A stretch of DNA of 62,960 nucleotides, counting the filler. It is 12 parts of 12 records of this genome, joined end to end, with 100 filler letters (N's around TTAATTAATTAA, not from the genome) between each part and the next. Parts side by side here need not be neighbours in the genome. Positions count along the whole stretch, not along the records: positions 23,916 to 37,663 come from SRR7504441_7771; positions 37,764 to 43,625 come from SRR7504441_7779; 10 more parts are not named here. The stretch is one strand, 5' to 3'. A program made the translations under genes and the position numbers. Below, in pieces: positions 27,013 through 37,850 of the stretch. Positions within the stretch are counted from its first letter, which is position 1. Every line of letters begins with the position of its first letter. The notes beneath the pieces are model-generated. The model was not told where the DNA came from. It saw only the letters and a list, made by a program, of their open reading frames with translations, and ran no database searches.

Positions 27013-27387
27013 TCGACTCAAGCGCTGGTTCGCGCAAGGCGTTTAGCATAGCTCAATTGAACTACGAACTCGAGTCCGCACGCAATACGTACAATTGAAC
27101 TGATTTGAACATTGTTACGTACACATTGATACTACATTGATACCTAGGCTTTGGGTTGACTTTATACTCGTACAAATTTCAAGTCACATCTTAAGAATCC
27201 GGTTTTCGTACAGTTTTCATTATTAATATATATCAAATGTCGGTTCCCTAATATCTGGACATTAGTGCAAGGCTGTGGGGGGTCATTTGGCGGCCGCTAC
27301 GCCAGATATTGATAAGATATTGAGCTGATTTGCAACCCCACCGGCCTGTGACTTGAGGGGCGAAACCATAGCCATGCATAAACAAAG

Positions 27388-30300
27388 CTACATCCCGTCG
27401 CGGAAAAATCTAGCCTCATAAAAGCCATTGAAGTCGAGACGAGCAGTCAGGTTAGAGAGGTGTGGGTCCCCTTCTGATGACGAAAACCTCTTCAGCGCCT
27501 GAACGCACGCATGTTAATCCGATTGGTTGCGGTCGGTCTAAAGACCTGAATAAGGTAATGCAGTGTCTGGTCGAAGGACTTCTCCAGCTTGGTGATGGTT
27601 CCAACAAATCCCTTGTCCTCCATCACTTTCTTTGCGCGCTGGGTGCCACTCCTGCAGTGCCCAGACAGCTCAGTTATAAGCGATTCGTGATGTGAGACCG
27701 TTGGTTCTCTTCACGGCTAGCAAAACGCTCGTATAATGGCACTTTGTATACTTCGGCGCCCTCGACATGGTCAGGGCAGAGATCCTGCACCGGGTGAGTA
27801 ACTTGCTTCTTAGCACAGAACAACCTTGTGCACCAGGCTGATGTGCTTGGCGAATGCGTTGCAAATGGAGGTGAGCTTAGTTAGAATCTTAAGCAGCCGT
27901 GGATTCCGGAGCATGCACTCTTTGAAGCATGCATCGAGGAACTCGTTATGGTGCTGCAGAGAGAGGAAAGTGATCAGCTGGCACGGGAGCCAATCTACAC
28001 ACCTGGAGTACGTCGTCGATCGAGGATGCTTGCTGGATCTTCTTCTCCATCTGGTGCCATCTCGGCTCCAGCACCTGGCAGGCCTCTACTCAACTAGACG
28101 GCTTAGCTTGAGATCACCTCGTTCATCATATAGTGCTGCACGTTCTGTAGGAAGTGAAGCATACGCTGCTGCAATGCGTATGACTGCCACACGCCTTGTA
28201 AAGCCGGGACCGCATTCGAAACCGGCGACTGACCTGTACGAAGGCTTTGCGCAGATGGAAGTGCTTCATTTCCTGGTGATTGAGCCAGGTCTTGCACAAT
28301 TGCCGCTCGACGTTCTGAAAAGCAGCCAAGTGTCAGCGCATGCACTGGACAGATGCCTGACCTTGCAATGGAACAGATGCCTGAAGATGAGTTGATACTT
28401 GACAAGCACCTTCTTTGACACAACCAATGACAGCGGCCATTGCACCTGGCAGCGCGAATGAGGCCAGCTTGCGTGAGCACTGCCACCTTGTATGCCAGCG
28501 TGAACAGATCCATCCCAGTGAGACTGCTGTAAGCCGAGGCTGTGACTGGCGATGCCTCCGGCGAGGCGGCTGGAGCCGATTCAGCTTTGCCTTTGCCGTC
28601 GACCCCGACAATCCCCATGATGTGCTTGATGAGTGTGTAAGGCTCAAGATCACACATCAAGTCGTCTTTGTACGGATCCTGCATTGCACCGAATCAGCTC
28701 ATTGGCCCGATGCGGCGGATGACGTCGTTTGCAGAAGATGTGCGCAGCGCGAGCTCCAGCAACGAAGCAAGCTTATTCGGAGAAATGTCCTGAACATATT
28801 TGGCCAGTTCTTCCTCTGCAGTGTCCATGAAGTGGTTAATGAAGTCTCCCTGAAGCCAGCCAGTTGGTCAGCTCGCAGTCAGCTGGTACACCAGCACCTG
28901 GTCAATCAGGAAGTAGTGCTTGATTGATCGAAGCCGAGCCATCAGCTGCTGATCGTCCTTTATCATGTCCAACAGAATCTGGCTCGAGTACGTGTACGCA
29001 GTCTCGATCTTCTCCATATAGTCCCTGACCAGAGCAAATTTGCGTCAAAAGGAGGTCACTAGAGCCGGTGACCGATCCTGAAGCGTGTAGGAAATGGCCG
29101 CCTTGTGCGGATTCTTCACTGTGATCTGGCATTCTCTGATCACATTCAAGTACTTGCCGGCCCTCAGGATCTTGTCAGCCACCTGCATGAGCAGCTCACC
29201 ACTGTGCTGGCGGTGTCCTGGTCACCTTTGCTAGGAATGGCGGCTTCTGTGACTCACGGATTGTGTACCGCTGGGACCAGTAGTTATCGTATACGTTCTC
29301 GCTCAGAATTTCCTTGCGCATGTCGACACGCTCCTCGATCATGAATTCGCCTGCAGCCCATTACACGGGGCATGCAGGCCAGAATGACCGTACGGATCGC
29401 GTATCTCGCCATCGTAGATCCAGTGCTCGAGCATCTCAAAGTATGGGACCGAGGCTTGCTGCATCAGGTGGAAGAACAGCTCCTGGGCCTGCCGGTCTCC
29501 GCCATATTTGATCCCCCTCTGCTGGATCAAATTGAGCAGCGCTGCACCGACCGGCTCAGCGGATCGAGCTCAGCGGTGACTCACCGCCGCCGGTTGCGAA
29601 GGTCCGAGTAGCCTCAGTGGTGAGTGCTTGCAAGATCTGCATTACTTGCGCTGAAGGCTGGATGTAGAACCAGAGGCGCTGCAGTGTAAGGTTCCCGGCT
29701 CTATGCTGCAGGCAGGACATCAGCTCGAGCCGAGCGGTGCCGCGGCAGCACCTGGGTCTCCAGCTGGGCAATCAGAGTGAGGTACTCCCTTGTGAGCCAG
29801 CGGACAGACGCAGAGAATGCATGATTGACCAGACCACACCTGTCAGCGAGGTCAGCGCTCAGCTTGCCAGACTTCACACACCTGAAGAGCGAGTTGCTGT
29901 CCACAAACCGGGTGACGTCCACGTAATAGACTCCCAGCGGAGAGATCCGGTCCGCTAAGTTGGCCAGAGACGGGTCCAACGAGGGGTCGACTGCAACAGT
30001 GAGCTTGGCTGCAGGAGCGTCCTCGCTCTTTGGGAGAGAGTCGTCCATGGTGAACTGGAGGAACCGGCCGTCCAGCCCCATCATTATGTGCAGCAGGTCC
30101 TCCACCAGCAGCATCTCCTGCACGTCCACCTATCGAGCAATCACAACCCCGCGCCAGTACTATCCCCACCGGGTACTCGGACAGCTTGGTCTGCTCGTTG
30201 GCTCGCTTCACTGAGAAAGGCGATTCCACGATCGCCTTGGAGGCTTGCGTGGTGGGTGACAGCGCGCTGAGGTACTGGCATCCGCTGAGGAAAGGTCGGG

Positions 30301-31110
30301 ATTTGATCCACTCCGGAGGGGTCGGGATTGTTCCACCGCTCTGGTTTGATCCCCCGATCCCTTCGAGCACAGAAACGTCCTTACCGGCCGCGTCACGCGC
30401 CCCCGAATGCCCGGTCGCCACCGCGTCCAGCTTCATCTTAGAGACCGGCGAGAGCGCCACCTCGGTGCTGTTTGAAGCTGCCGTGTGCGCGCCCACGCGT
30501 GGCGTCGCCTTGAGTGAGGCCCTCTCCACCAGCGAAGCCCGCTTCTCGCCCGTGGGCTTGTCCAGATCGGCGGCGCGAGGGGTCTTGGCCGGGGTCCGCC
30601 GAATGCTCGGAGGGTCTTGTCGGGTGGAAAGCGACTGGCCCAACATCACCACCAGCGCCTGCGCCCGCAGCTCAGCACCCATTCCGGCAGCCGAGCCGAC
30701 CTTGTCGTCCAGGATCTTGGCCAGCAGCGTGACGAACCGGTCCAGGTCGGCCGGGTCAAAGTTGGGCGAGCTCCGCAGCTCATCGTACCTGCGGAGCCGC
30801 TCAGGTCGCGCCTCCGCCCGCCGACCCACTTGGCCATGGTCTGCGGGGGGTTGGCGCTGCGGTCAAAGAGCTTGCGCTTGACGGCGCTGCCGGGCGGGCT
30901 GCTGGCACCGGGGCCCGGGCGATGGCCACCTGATGGCCACGTCGGAGACGGCGAAGGAGGGCGCGATCCCCCTGGCAAGCTGGCGCGCGTGCTCGTCGGG
31001 CTTGCTCTCGACCTGGCCGGCGCCGCCTGGGACCAGACGGCTGGTCGGGCGGGCACCTCGACGATCGAGAGCAGCCGCTTCATCAGCCGATGCAGCCGCT
31101 CGCCTTCCAT
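27388..31110 (-). CDS. TUBGCP2: Gamma-tubulin complex component 2
   Basis: [116 protein letters not shown]. Confidence 0.93.
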
Positions 31111-31187
31111 CTTGCTCTGGCAAGGGCTGGCGTCCTCGGGGAGCTTCAAATCAACAACGGCACTCAGTGAGTCAGGCTTGCCAGTGC

Positions 31188-32636
31188 ATGCTGTTCGTCT
31201 TGATGAGAGCCACCGGCGCGCGACGGGCTGCCTGGTTGATCCTCCCGGCGCTGCTCGGGTCGGCGCTGGCGCAGATCGAGCAGTGCGATGGCTCCAACTA
31301 CACCCGCTGCCGCCAGGGGCTGTGGCGGCAGGTGTTCAACACCACCACCGGCCGGCTGCCGTCCCGCTCGGCCCCGGATTTCGTCGAGGACTGGTCCAAC
31401 TGGACGATGGAGGGCCTGCCGGGGCCCGGCCGGGGCACGGGGGTGGGGAACGTGCAGTGGCGCGTCGGGCTGCAGAAGCTGGTCTGGACCATCGGACGGG
31501 CCGGGGGCGGGATGAGGGCCGGGATGCTCCGGCTCAACTCGACGGTCTGGTACTCGCGCAACACCACGGGCGATGCCCCCGCAAACTCGCCCCCGGCAGG
31601 GTACGGGCTGCCGGCCGCCGATGCGACCCACTGTCCGGACGGCTCGCGGCCCGGGTTCGAGAGCTGGCGCGGCCAGTCCGATACGCTAGTCATCCACCAC
31701 AACGGGCACTCCGGCTGTGCAGGCGCGGCCCGGGTGACCGATTGCTCAGACTGTACGCCCAACTACGATACGACACAGGACTGGCTCAACCAGCTCGGGT
31801 ACGATGTGATGGAGATCGCCATGCCGCTGCACGGCTGCAACCGAATCGCTGGCAACACATCGTGCGCTGAGCACTGTGTCAGCGACCCGTCCCGGGGTTT
31901 CGACTGCTCTCAGTGCGTAGATCTGAGCGCCACCGGCTCGCTGGTTGGGTCGCACCAGTGGTTTCGCCAGTTTGAGGATCAGGGCGATGAGGTTATGCGT
32001 TATTTCCTCGAGCCGGTGGTTCTAGCGGTCAATTACGCCACGAGTGTGCTCAAATACCGCCGGATTGTTATGGTAGGGCTCTCGGGCGGTGGCTGGACCA
32101 CAACAATTGCGGCAGCCATCGACCCTCGCATCCAGCTCTCCATGCCGATCGCTGGATCAGTGCCCAAGTTCCGGTCGTTGCTGTATCCAAAGTGGATACC
32201 TGACTTGCCTGAAGGAGGCCACGCACGCAGCGCCAGCGGGGGGTACGTGGAGGGCGGGGGAGGTGACTTTGAGCAGAACGCGTCGAGGCCGTTTTACACG
32301 GCATGTGGATGGGCCTGCTTGTACACACTCGCTGCGATTGGGGAGGGCTCCGAGCCACGCCACTCGCTGCAGATGCTGCATGAGCACGACAGCTGCTGCT
32401 TCGCCACGGCTGGGCTGCACGCCAACATCACCGACTACAATCGGTTTGTCCAACGACAATTGATTGAGCACGGCCAACCGGGCTGGTTCCAGACAAGCGC
32501 CAATTATGGCAACTGGCACGAAGTCAATTACCGAGACAAGTCTGTGCTCGCGGCCATGATCGAACGACACCGGCGGCCTGGTGGCATCAAGCGTGCACAC
32601 TATGAAGATATACCATTCAACGTCTTACCTGGCTGA
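31188..32636 (+). CDS. Secreted alpha/beta-hydrolase-fold protein, apparently intronless
   Basis: Signal peptide; HHNGH, FLEPV, IVMVGLSGGGWTT (GxSxG nucleophile elbow), DPRI..PIAGS, DSCCF. Confidence 0.7.
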   Translation: MLFVLMRATGARRAAWLILPALLGSALAQIEQCDGSNYTRCRQGLWRQVFNTTTGRLPSRSAPDFVEDWSNWTMEGLPGPGRGTGVGNVQWRVGLQKLVWTIGRAGGGMRAGMLRLNSTVWYSRNTTGDAPANSPPAGYGLPAADATHCPDGSRPGFESWRGQSDTLVIHHNGHSGCAGAARVTDCSDCTPNYDTTQDWLNQLGYDVMEIAMPLHGCNRIAGNTSCAEHCVSDPSRGFDCSQCVDLSATGSLVGSHQWFRQFEDQGDEVMRYFLEPVVLAVNYATSVLKYRRIVMVGLSGGGWTTTIAAAIDPRIQLSMPIAGSVPKFRSLLYPKWIPDLPEGGHARSASGGYVEGGGGDFEQNASRPFYTACGWACLYTLAAIGEGSEPRHSLQMLHEHDSCCFATAGLHANITDYNRFVQRQLIEHGQPGWFQTSANYGNWHEVNYRDKSVLAAMIERHRRPGGIKRAHYEDIPFNVLPG

Positions 32637-32822
32637 AAACAACCTTATTACATGTAACGTTTACTATAAACATTACAGTCATGATTACACCAGGTTTGTC
32701 CGGACTTCCTTACAATAATTATGCTATAGATCTCATAAATGCTGATTCAATGCACGAATGCTCATATCTAGCTGCACGTTTATGTATTTCAAATCGAATG
32801 TCTATCTTAAACAACTATACAT

Positions 32823-34623
32823 TCAGGCTATTTGGAACCCGGCACCGTCAGTGTGGTCGAATACCTCTCTAAGCATTGATGCCATTGTCTCTTCGGAGTC
32901 ATACTCTGGTAGGTCGAGCTGGTAGAAGCAAGTATGCGCTACAGGCCGGCGCTGTTCGCCTTGAACCGATGGCAGAGCGGTGATAGTAAGCCGTCCGGGT
33001 CCTCCCGCTCTATTTTGGTTCGGGGTCGGGAGTCCGCCGTCTGGGATGTGGTCATACTCTGTGACATAAATCAAGAATTTCCTGAGCATCTCATTAGACA
33101 TGCCCCGCAGGACAGACTCGAGCATCTGGCGGACACGGATACTGCGTGGATCTTGCGGGTTCTGGAACTTCAACAGCGCAATCACGCTCGGGGCATCTAT
33201 GTGCTCTTGGCCGTGAACTGGATTGTAGACTTGCCTGAAGGAGGCGCAGCCACGCAGTCCAGGATTCGGGTGGAACGGGTGGAAACGATGGGCCAGTCCG
33301 TGGTAAAAACGATGGGCCAGTCGGTGCGAAACTCCAGCCTGGCAGTGCATGTGCTTGAATCAACTTCCAAGCTTCGGCGGCTCAGGGAAACAGTCGAACA
33401 AGGGATTGAGCTGCACGGATTGATATCAGATGGTACTGTGCCTGCAGGGTTGAAGTTCCCTGACGAGGACGAAAGAAGGTTGCGAGAGGCAAACGACAAG
33501 CTGAGGGCAATTGCTGCAAGCGATGATGATCTTTCTGAGAAGGGTGAGCTCGATCTTCGCGGCCGGCGGTGCGTGTCCTTGCCCTTCCGTACCGAATTGG
33601 TGTTGCAGGTTGGCACAGCTCAAAGCAATCCGTAAAGGATTTGTGGAGGCCCAGAGGGCACTCGGTCTACGCGAACACATGAAGATGCTGTCGTACGTGG
33701 TGTGCCTTTTAGTAAAGGCCTTCTCATGAGCTTGAGATGCAGGACTTCAAGCTGTTGGCTTGTGGCTTCGCAAGGACAGGCAAGAGCTCGGTCTAGGCTT
33801 AAACAATAAGCTCGTTCCGTACCCAGGTCCGACTTCTTCTGCATCTTCCACCATCCACATCTCCCGCGGACTAACCAGACGTCACCACCGCCTTCCATGC
33901 AGTACGCTGGAGCTCCGTCGCGTGCACTGCCGGTGAGCGCGTAAATTCCGTTGACAACATCGATTGCATCGCTTGTCAACGCGTTGACTGTTGCCCCGCT
34001 GACCTGCACTCGGGTAGGCATCTTCAGCGCCCGCCCCCCCAAGTTGGCCCGTTCTGCCTGCAGCTCCCGCCGTTGCTCTCCTAGTGCCTGCAGCACCTCA
34101 TTGAACGTGCTGAGCACCTCAACGCGGATCCCAGCCTGCGGCTCAAACACGCCATCGGCAGTTGCCACCTCCCAGCGCGTTATCTCCCACAGGTCAGAGG
34201 CTGCAAGGTTCGCAGCCTTGCAGCAGCACCGCCCCAATTGAAACCCTGATTCCGGTTGGATTCTCCAGCGCCCGTCCGCAAGCGCCAGCACTACGCCCGG
34301 AACCCGGTCGTTATGATATGCGCACCGCCCCGTCAGTGTGTAGACGCCATTGATCTCTCCGGCGAAGGGGCCGGTCGCCCCGCTGATCCGCGCCCGGGCA
34401 GGCATCTCGAGCAGCAGGTCGCCTATGACGGACTGCATCTCGCGCACCAGCCGATGTCGCTGCTCGCCCGGCAAAGCTCGTATCTGTCGCGTTTGTGGAA
34501 TCAGGTCAATTATATAACTATGCATCCTCGATGTCTGCAATATCTCACTCGACGCGCTCACCTCCTCAGGCTCCTGTGAGCATCCCGTCTCTCTCTGTGC
34601 GCCGTTAAGTTCGACTCCTGCAT
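32823..34623 (-). CDS. HECT-domain E3 ligase-like gene with an internally inverted segment (pseudogene, scrambled allele or assembly artefact)
   Basis: C-lobe RKFLIYVT..P..GL..RPVAHTCFYQLDLPEYDSEE..GF on minus 32823-33209; N-terminal two-repeat region on minus 33764-34623; the linking part is encoded on the plus strand (next feature). Confidence 0.85.
33210..33766 (+). other. Inverted internal block of the HECT gene (exons 33213-33568, 33609-33699, 33743-33766; GT-AG introns 33569-33608, 33700-33742)
   Basis: Plus-strand spliced reading AVNWIVDLPEGG..RLAQLKAIRKGFVEAQRALGLREHMKMLSYVDFKLLACG joins in frame to minus-strand ..CPCEA upstream and QEHID.. downstream; ends are GCC (33210-12) and GGC (33764-66). 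Confidence 0.88.
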
Positions 34624-35003
34624 GGGGTGTGTTTGTCTACCGGTAGAATTTATTTTTGATTAAGTAGGGGTCCCTAGTCTAATATAATTTAATCAAGGTA
34701 CGATCAGAGTAAGGTACTATCAGAAGCGACGGAGACGACAAACCGACGACAGGCCTACGCAAGAACCCGCGCTTGTTCTTCTTCTTCGTCCACTTGGACT
34801 TGGTAAACTGCCCACCAAACCGGGACCTCATGACTTCAACAAACCTACTGTATACCCAACACGCAATGATAACGGAACTTGTCCACAACCAGGAACCACT
34901 TGACTCGCCTCAAGGAGACAGGCACACCAAGCACATGAGGGCGACATTAGATTAATAGTAAATGCGAATGGTATACATTCGTACGTAGAGGTGCACATGC
35001 TAT

Positions 35004-36927
35004 TCACGATGACTCAAACAAGGAGCGATAGGCACGCTTATCCTTTGATGCTCGCTCCCGCGCTGCTCTCCTAGTCTTGGCTAACCTATTTCTGATAGAA
35101 GCGTCACTCGGGGCAAGTTCCAATGCCCGCCTTAAGTCGGCAATCGCCTGCTCATACTGTCGCGTCTCGCTCCTAGCGCAGCCCCTCCTGAACAGCGCTT
35201 TGGGCTGGTCTGGCTCATCGGCTAGCACAGCGGTGCACAGCGCGACGGCCCGATCGAACAGCTCTAGCTTCAGGCAGCACGCAGCCAGGTTCAGATTGCA
35301 AGAGACCAGAAATTGCTGGTGCCACTTGGCGGTCGCCGCGGCCTGAGTGACCGTGTCGGGCTCCTCTGTCAAAGGCACGCTCATGGCCTGATACAGTCGC
35401 GCATGGCTACCTTTTAACGCCTGGCCTGCGTAGCACACGGCCTTATCATACTTATCAACTGCCAGCCTGAACTGGCAGCCCGCATAGAGCTGGTTCCCCC
35501 GCTCCTTGATGGCTTGCGCGGCCGCAATTGCCCGGTCGCTCCCCCCAAACGGCTCGTGCAGGTCCTCTAAGTAATCCGGCCACAAGTCACAGCCGTCTGG
35601 CCCAGTCGCCCTGCCGCCCCTCGCTGCCCGGTCAAGATGGGCGCACCTTAGAGCCCGAACATTTGCGATAAAACTCTCCACACACGCTACGTGGTCGCCG
35701 CACGCGCCCTCCACGACCGACAGCTTGTTCTCCTGCCCTTTGTTCGGCGCTAACAGGAGGACCGGCACCTCCAGCACCCGGAGCTGGTCCTTCCTGCACA
35801 CTGTCGGGAGCCCTGCAGTCGGCGCCCACACTAGCACTCTATCCTCGAGCCCAAACGAGGCCAGCAAAGGCAGCCGCGGGTGCGCAGCCGCGCCATTAGC
35901 GATCTGGGAGTCGGCCCGCAGCAGGTGCACCAGCTTGCCGCTTCTTCTCTCCCAAATCTGCCACGGCCTCTCAGCCCGCACACACAGCACGTACCCAGAG
36001 GTGCCCGCTGTCGCTGCCACTGACAACGTACTCATCTTGAGGTCCCCAAAACGTCACAGGCTTGCAGAACGTCTCGTGATTCAGGTGCCCTCCGTACTGC
36101 CTCACCACGCAGCCGCTGTCCATCCCGAAACTGTATATCTGATCGCCCTGGTACGATACTAGCAACTCACGCCCGCAGCACGAGAAGCAGCACCCGCTGA
36201 CAGACAAAGCCGGGTACATTGCAAGTGCCAGCGGTTCCTCCGCGACCGCTGCCAGTGGCTCTGGGACCAGACGCATCAGCGCTCCATGCGAGGCTCCACT
36301 TTGACCACCTTGTGCACCCCACTCCGCCCCGGGCGGCTTCCTGACATCAAACAGATACACCGCCGGCCCGACACCGCCCACCGCCAGCTCCCGCAGGTTG
36401 GGCCGGACCGCGACGCTCTTGACCGGCCGCTCGCGCTGCAGGAAAACCGCCCCCGGCTCGGGCTCACGCAGATCCACAAGCCGGACCTGCCCGTCATTCT
36501 GCGCAGTGACCACGATCGGCCGGTCCGGGTCGAGAAGCTCGAACGTGTGAATCAGCTGCTCGCTACGCACCGCCACCCGCGTCGCCCCGCCGTCGAGCGC
36601 CGTCACCCTGAGCGTGCCGTCCCCGGCGCAGCTGACCGCCTGGTGCTCGTGGCTGCCCTGCAGGAACTTGGCATCAAAGATGTTGTGGCGGTGCCCCGTG
36701 TCAGCCTGAGCGGCCAGCCGGTACTCCTCCCCCCAGAGCCGGAGCACGCAGTCGTCCCCGGCGGTGAGCAGCCGGCCGGACTCGGCCCAGCGGCAGGTGT
36801 TGATGCAGCCTCGGTGCCGGATACGCGTCCCCGGCTCCGGCCGCAGCCGCTGGACCAACGCCGGGTGCAGACCCAGCCCGGCCCGCCCGCCCAGCTCCCT
36901 GTGCGCGGCCCATGACTGGAGTGCCAT
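35004..36927 (-). CDS. WD40-repeat (DCAF8/WDTC1-like) protein with C-terminal TPR domain
   Basis: HRGCINT..W..GRLLTAGDD, TGHRHNIFDAKF, ELLVSYQGDQIY.F, YGGHLNHETFCK..F.G..EYVVSGSDSGH.WIW; TPR KERGNQLY, LNLAACCLKL, KALFRRG. Confidence 0.85.
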
Positions 36928-36974
36928 GCCCCAGACGCGTCCCTGTGACAGGTGCCCAGCGCGCCAACTGACAC

Positions 36975-37663
36975 ATGCCGTCCTCCCGTCGGAAGCGCAG
37001 GGGGAGCCACACCGAGGTGATGGTCAAGCCGGACGCGGCGATCGCCGTCGAGAAGCTAAGCACCACCCCGGATGCCGACCCGCGGGCCCCGCCCTCAAGG
37101 CAGATCGGCAGCCTCGAATGGGGCCGGCTCTACAACCCACCGGATCTACTCGCCCGCCCGAGCTGGGTGGTGCGACACCCGGTGTCGGTGCTGGCCGCCC
37201 GCGAGGCGGAGCTGGCGGCCGAGCAGCAGGCGCTCGAGGCGGAGCTGTCCCTGGCTCAGCACGAGGCCGCCATGCAGCAGCGGGGCTCCTTCGGGGGCCT
37301 GAGGCGGCATGCAATCGCCGAGTCGACGCGCTACCCACCAAGCGTCCCGCGGGCGACTGAGTCGGTGTGGCCTTTGGCCGGGCCGGCGCTGATGGTCGGG
37401 GACAGGAGGAAAGGATCGCGAGTCTGCTCCGTAGGGCGAGCCAGTTGCCCTCGGTGGGTGGTTCGGGGCCAGGGCGGAGCCGAGCGGCTGGACAGGCGGT
37501 GCAACTGTACCAAATCCAGTCCGAGGAGAGCTTCGCGCTCAGCCATGCCCAGTCAACAGCCTGGACGGGGCAGACGGCCGCTGAGCAGTTCCTGGAGGTA
37601 ACCGCCTCGTAGTTTGGAGGCTGATCGGGCCGCTGCAGCTTGTAACTAACAACGATCTGTTCG
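36975..37663 (+). CDS. Hypothetical protein with short coiled coil (3' partial)
   Basis: ATG 47 bp from the divergent WD40 gene; frames 36975-37364 and about 37405-37597 join by a GT-AG intron; another donor near 37598. Confidence 0.5.
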
Positions 37664-37763
37664 NNNNNNNNNNNNNNNNNNNNNNNNNNNNNNNNNNNNN
37701 NNNNNNNTTAATTAATTAANNNNNNNNNNNNNNNNNNNNNNNNNNNNNNNNNNNNNNNNNNNN

Positions 37764-37850
37764 AAGGCTAGTATACAGCAAGGCTAGTATACAATAAGGC
37801 TAGTATACTAGTATACAGCAAGGCTAGTATGTAGTACTAGTTAGTAGGGC
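37764..37850. repeat. Intronic ~16-bp tandem repeat (AAGGCTAGTATACAGC-like, about 4 copies)
   Basis: aaggctagtatacagc / aaggctagtatacaat / aaggctagtatactagtatacagc / aaggctagtatg seen directly. Confidence 0.85.

Noticed and set aside
34679-34955. Short basic ORF-like stretch upstream of the HECT gene, possible transposon remnant
   Set aside because: No terminal repeats or recognisable transposase motif.
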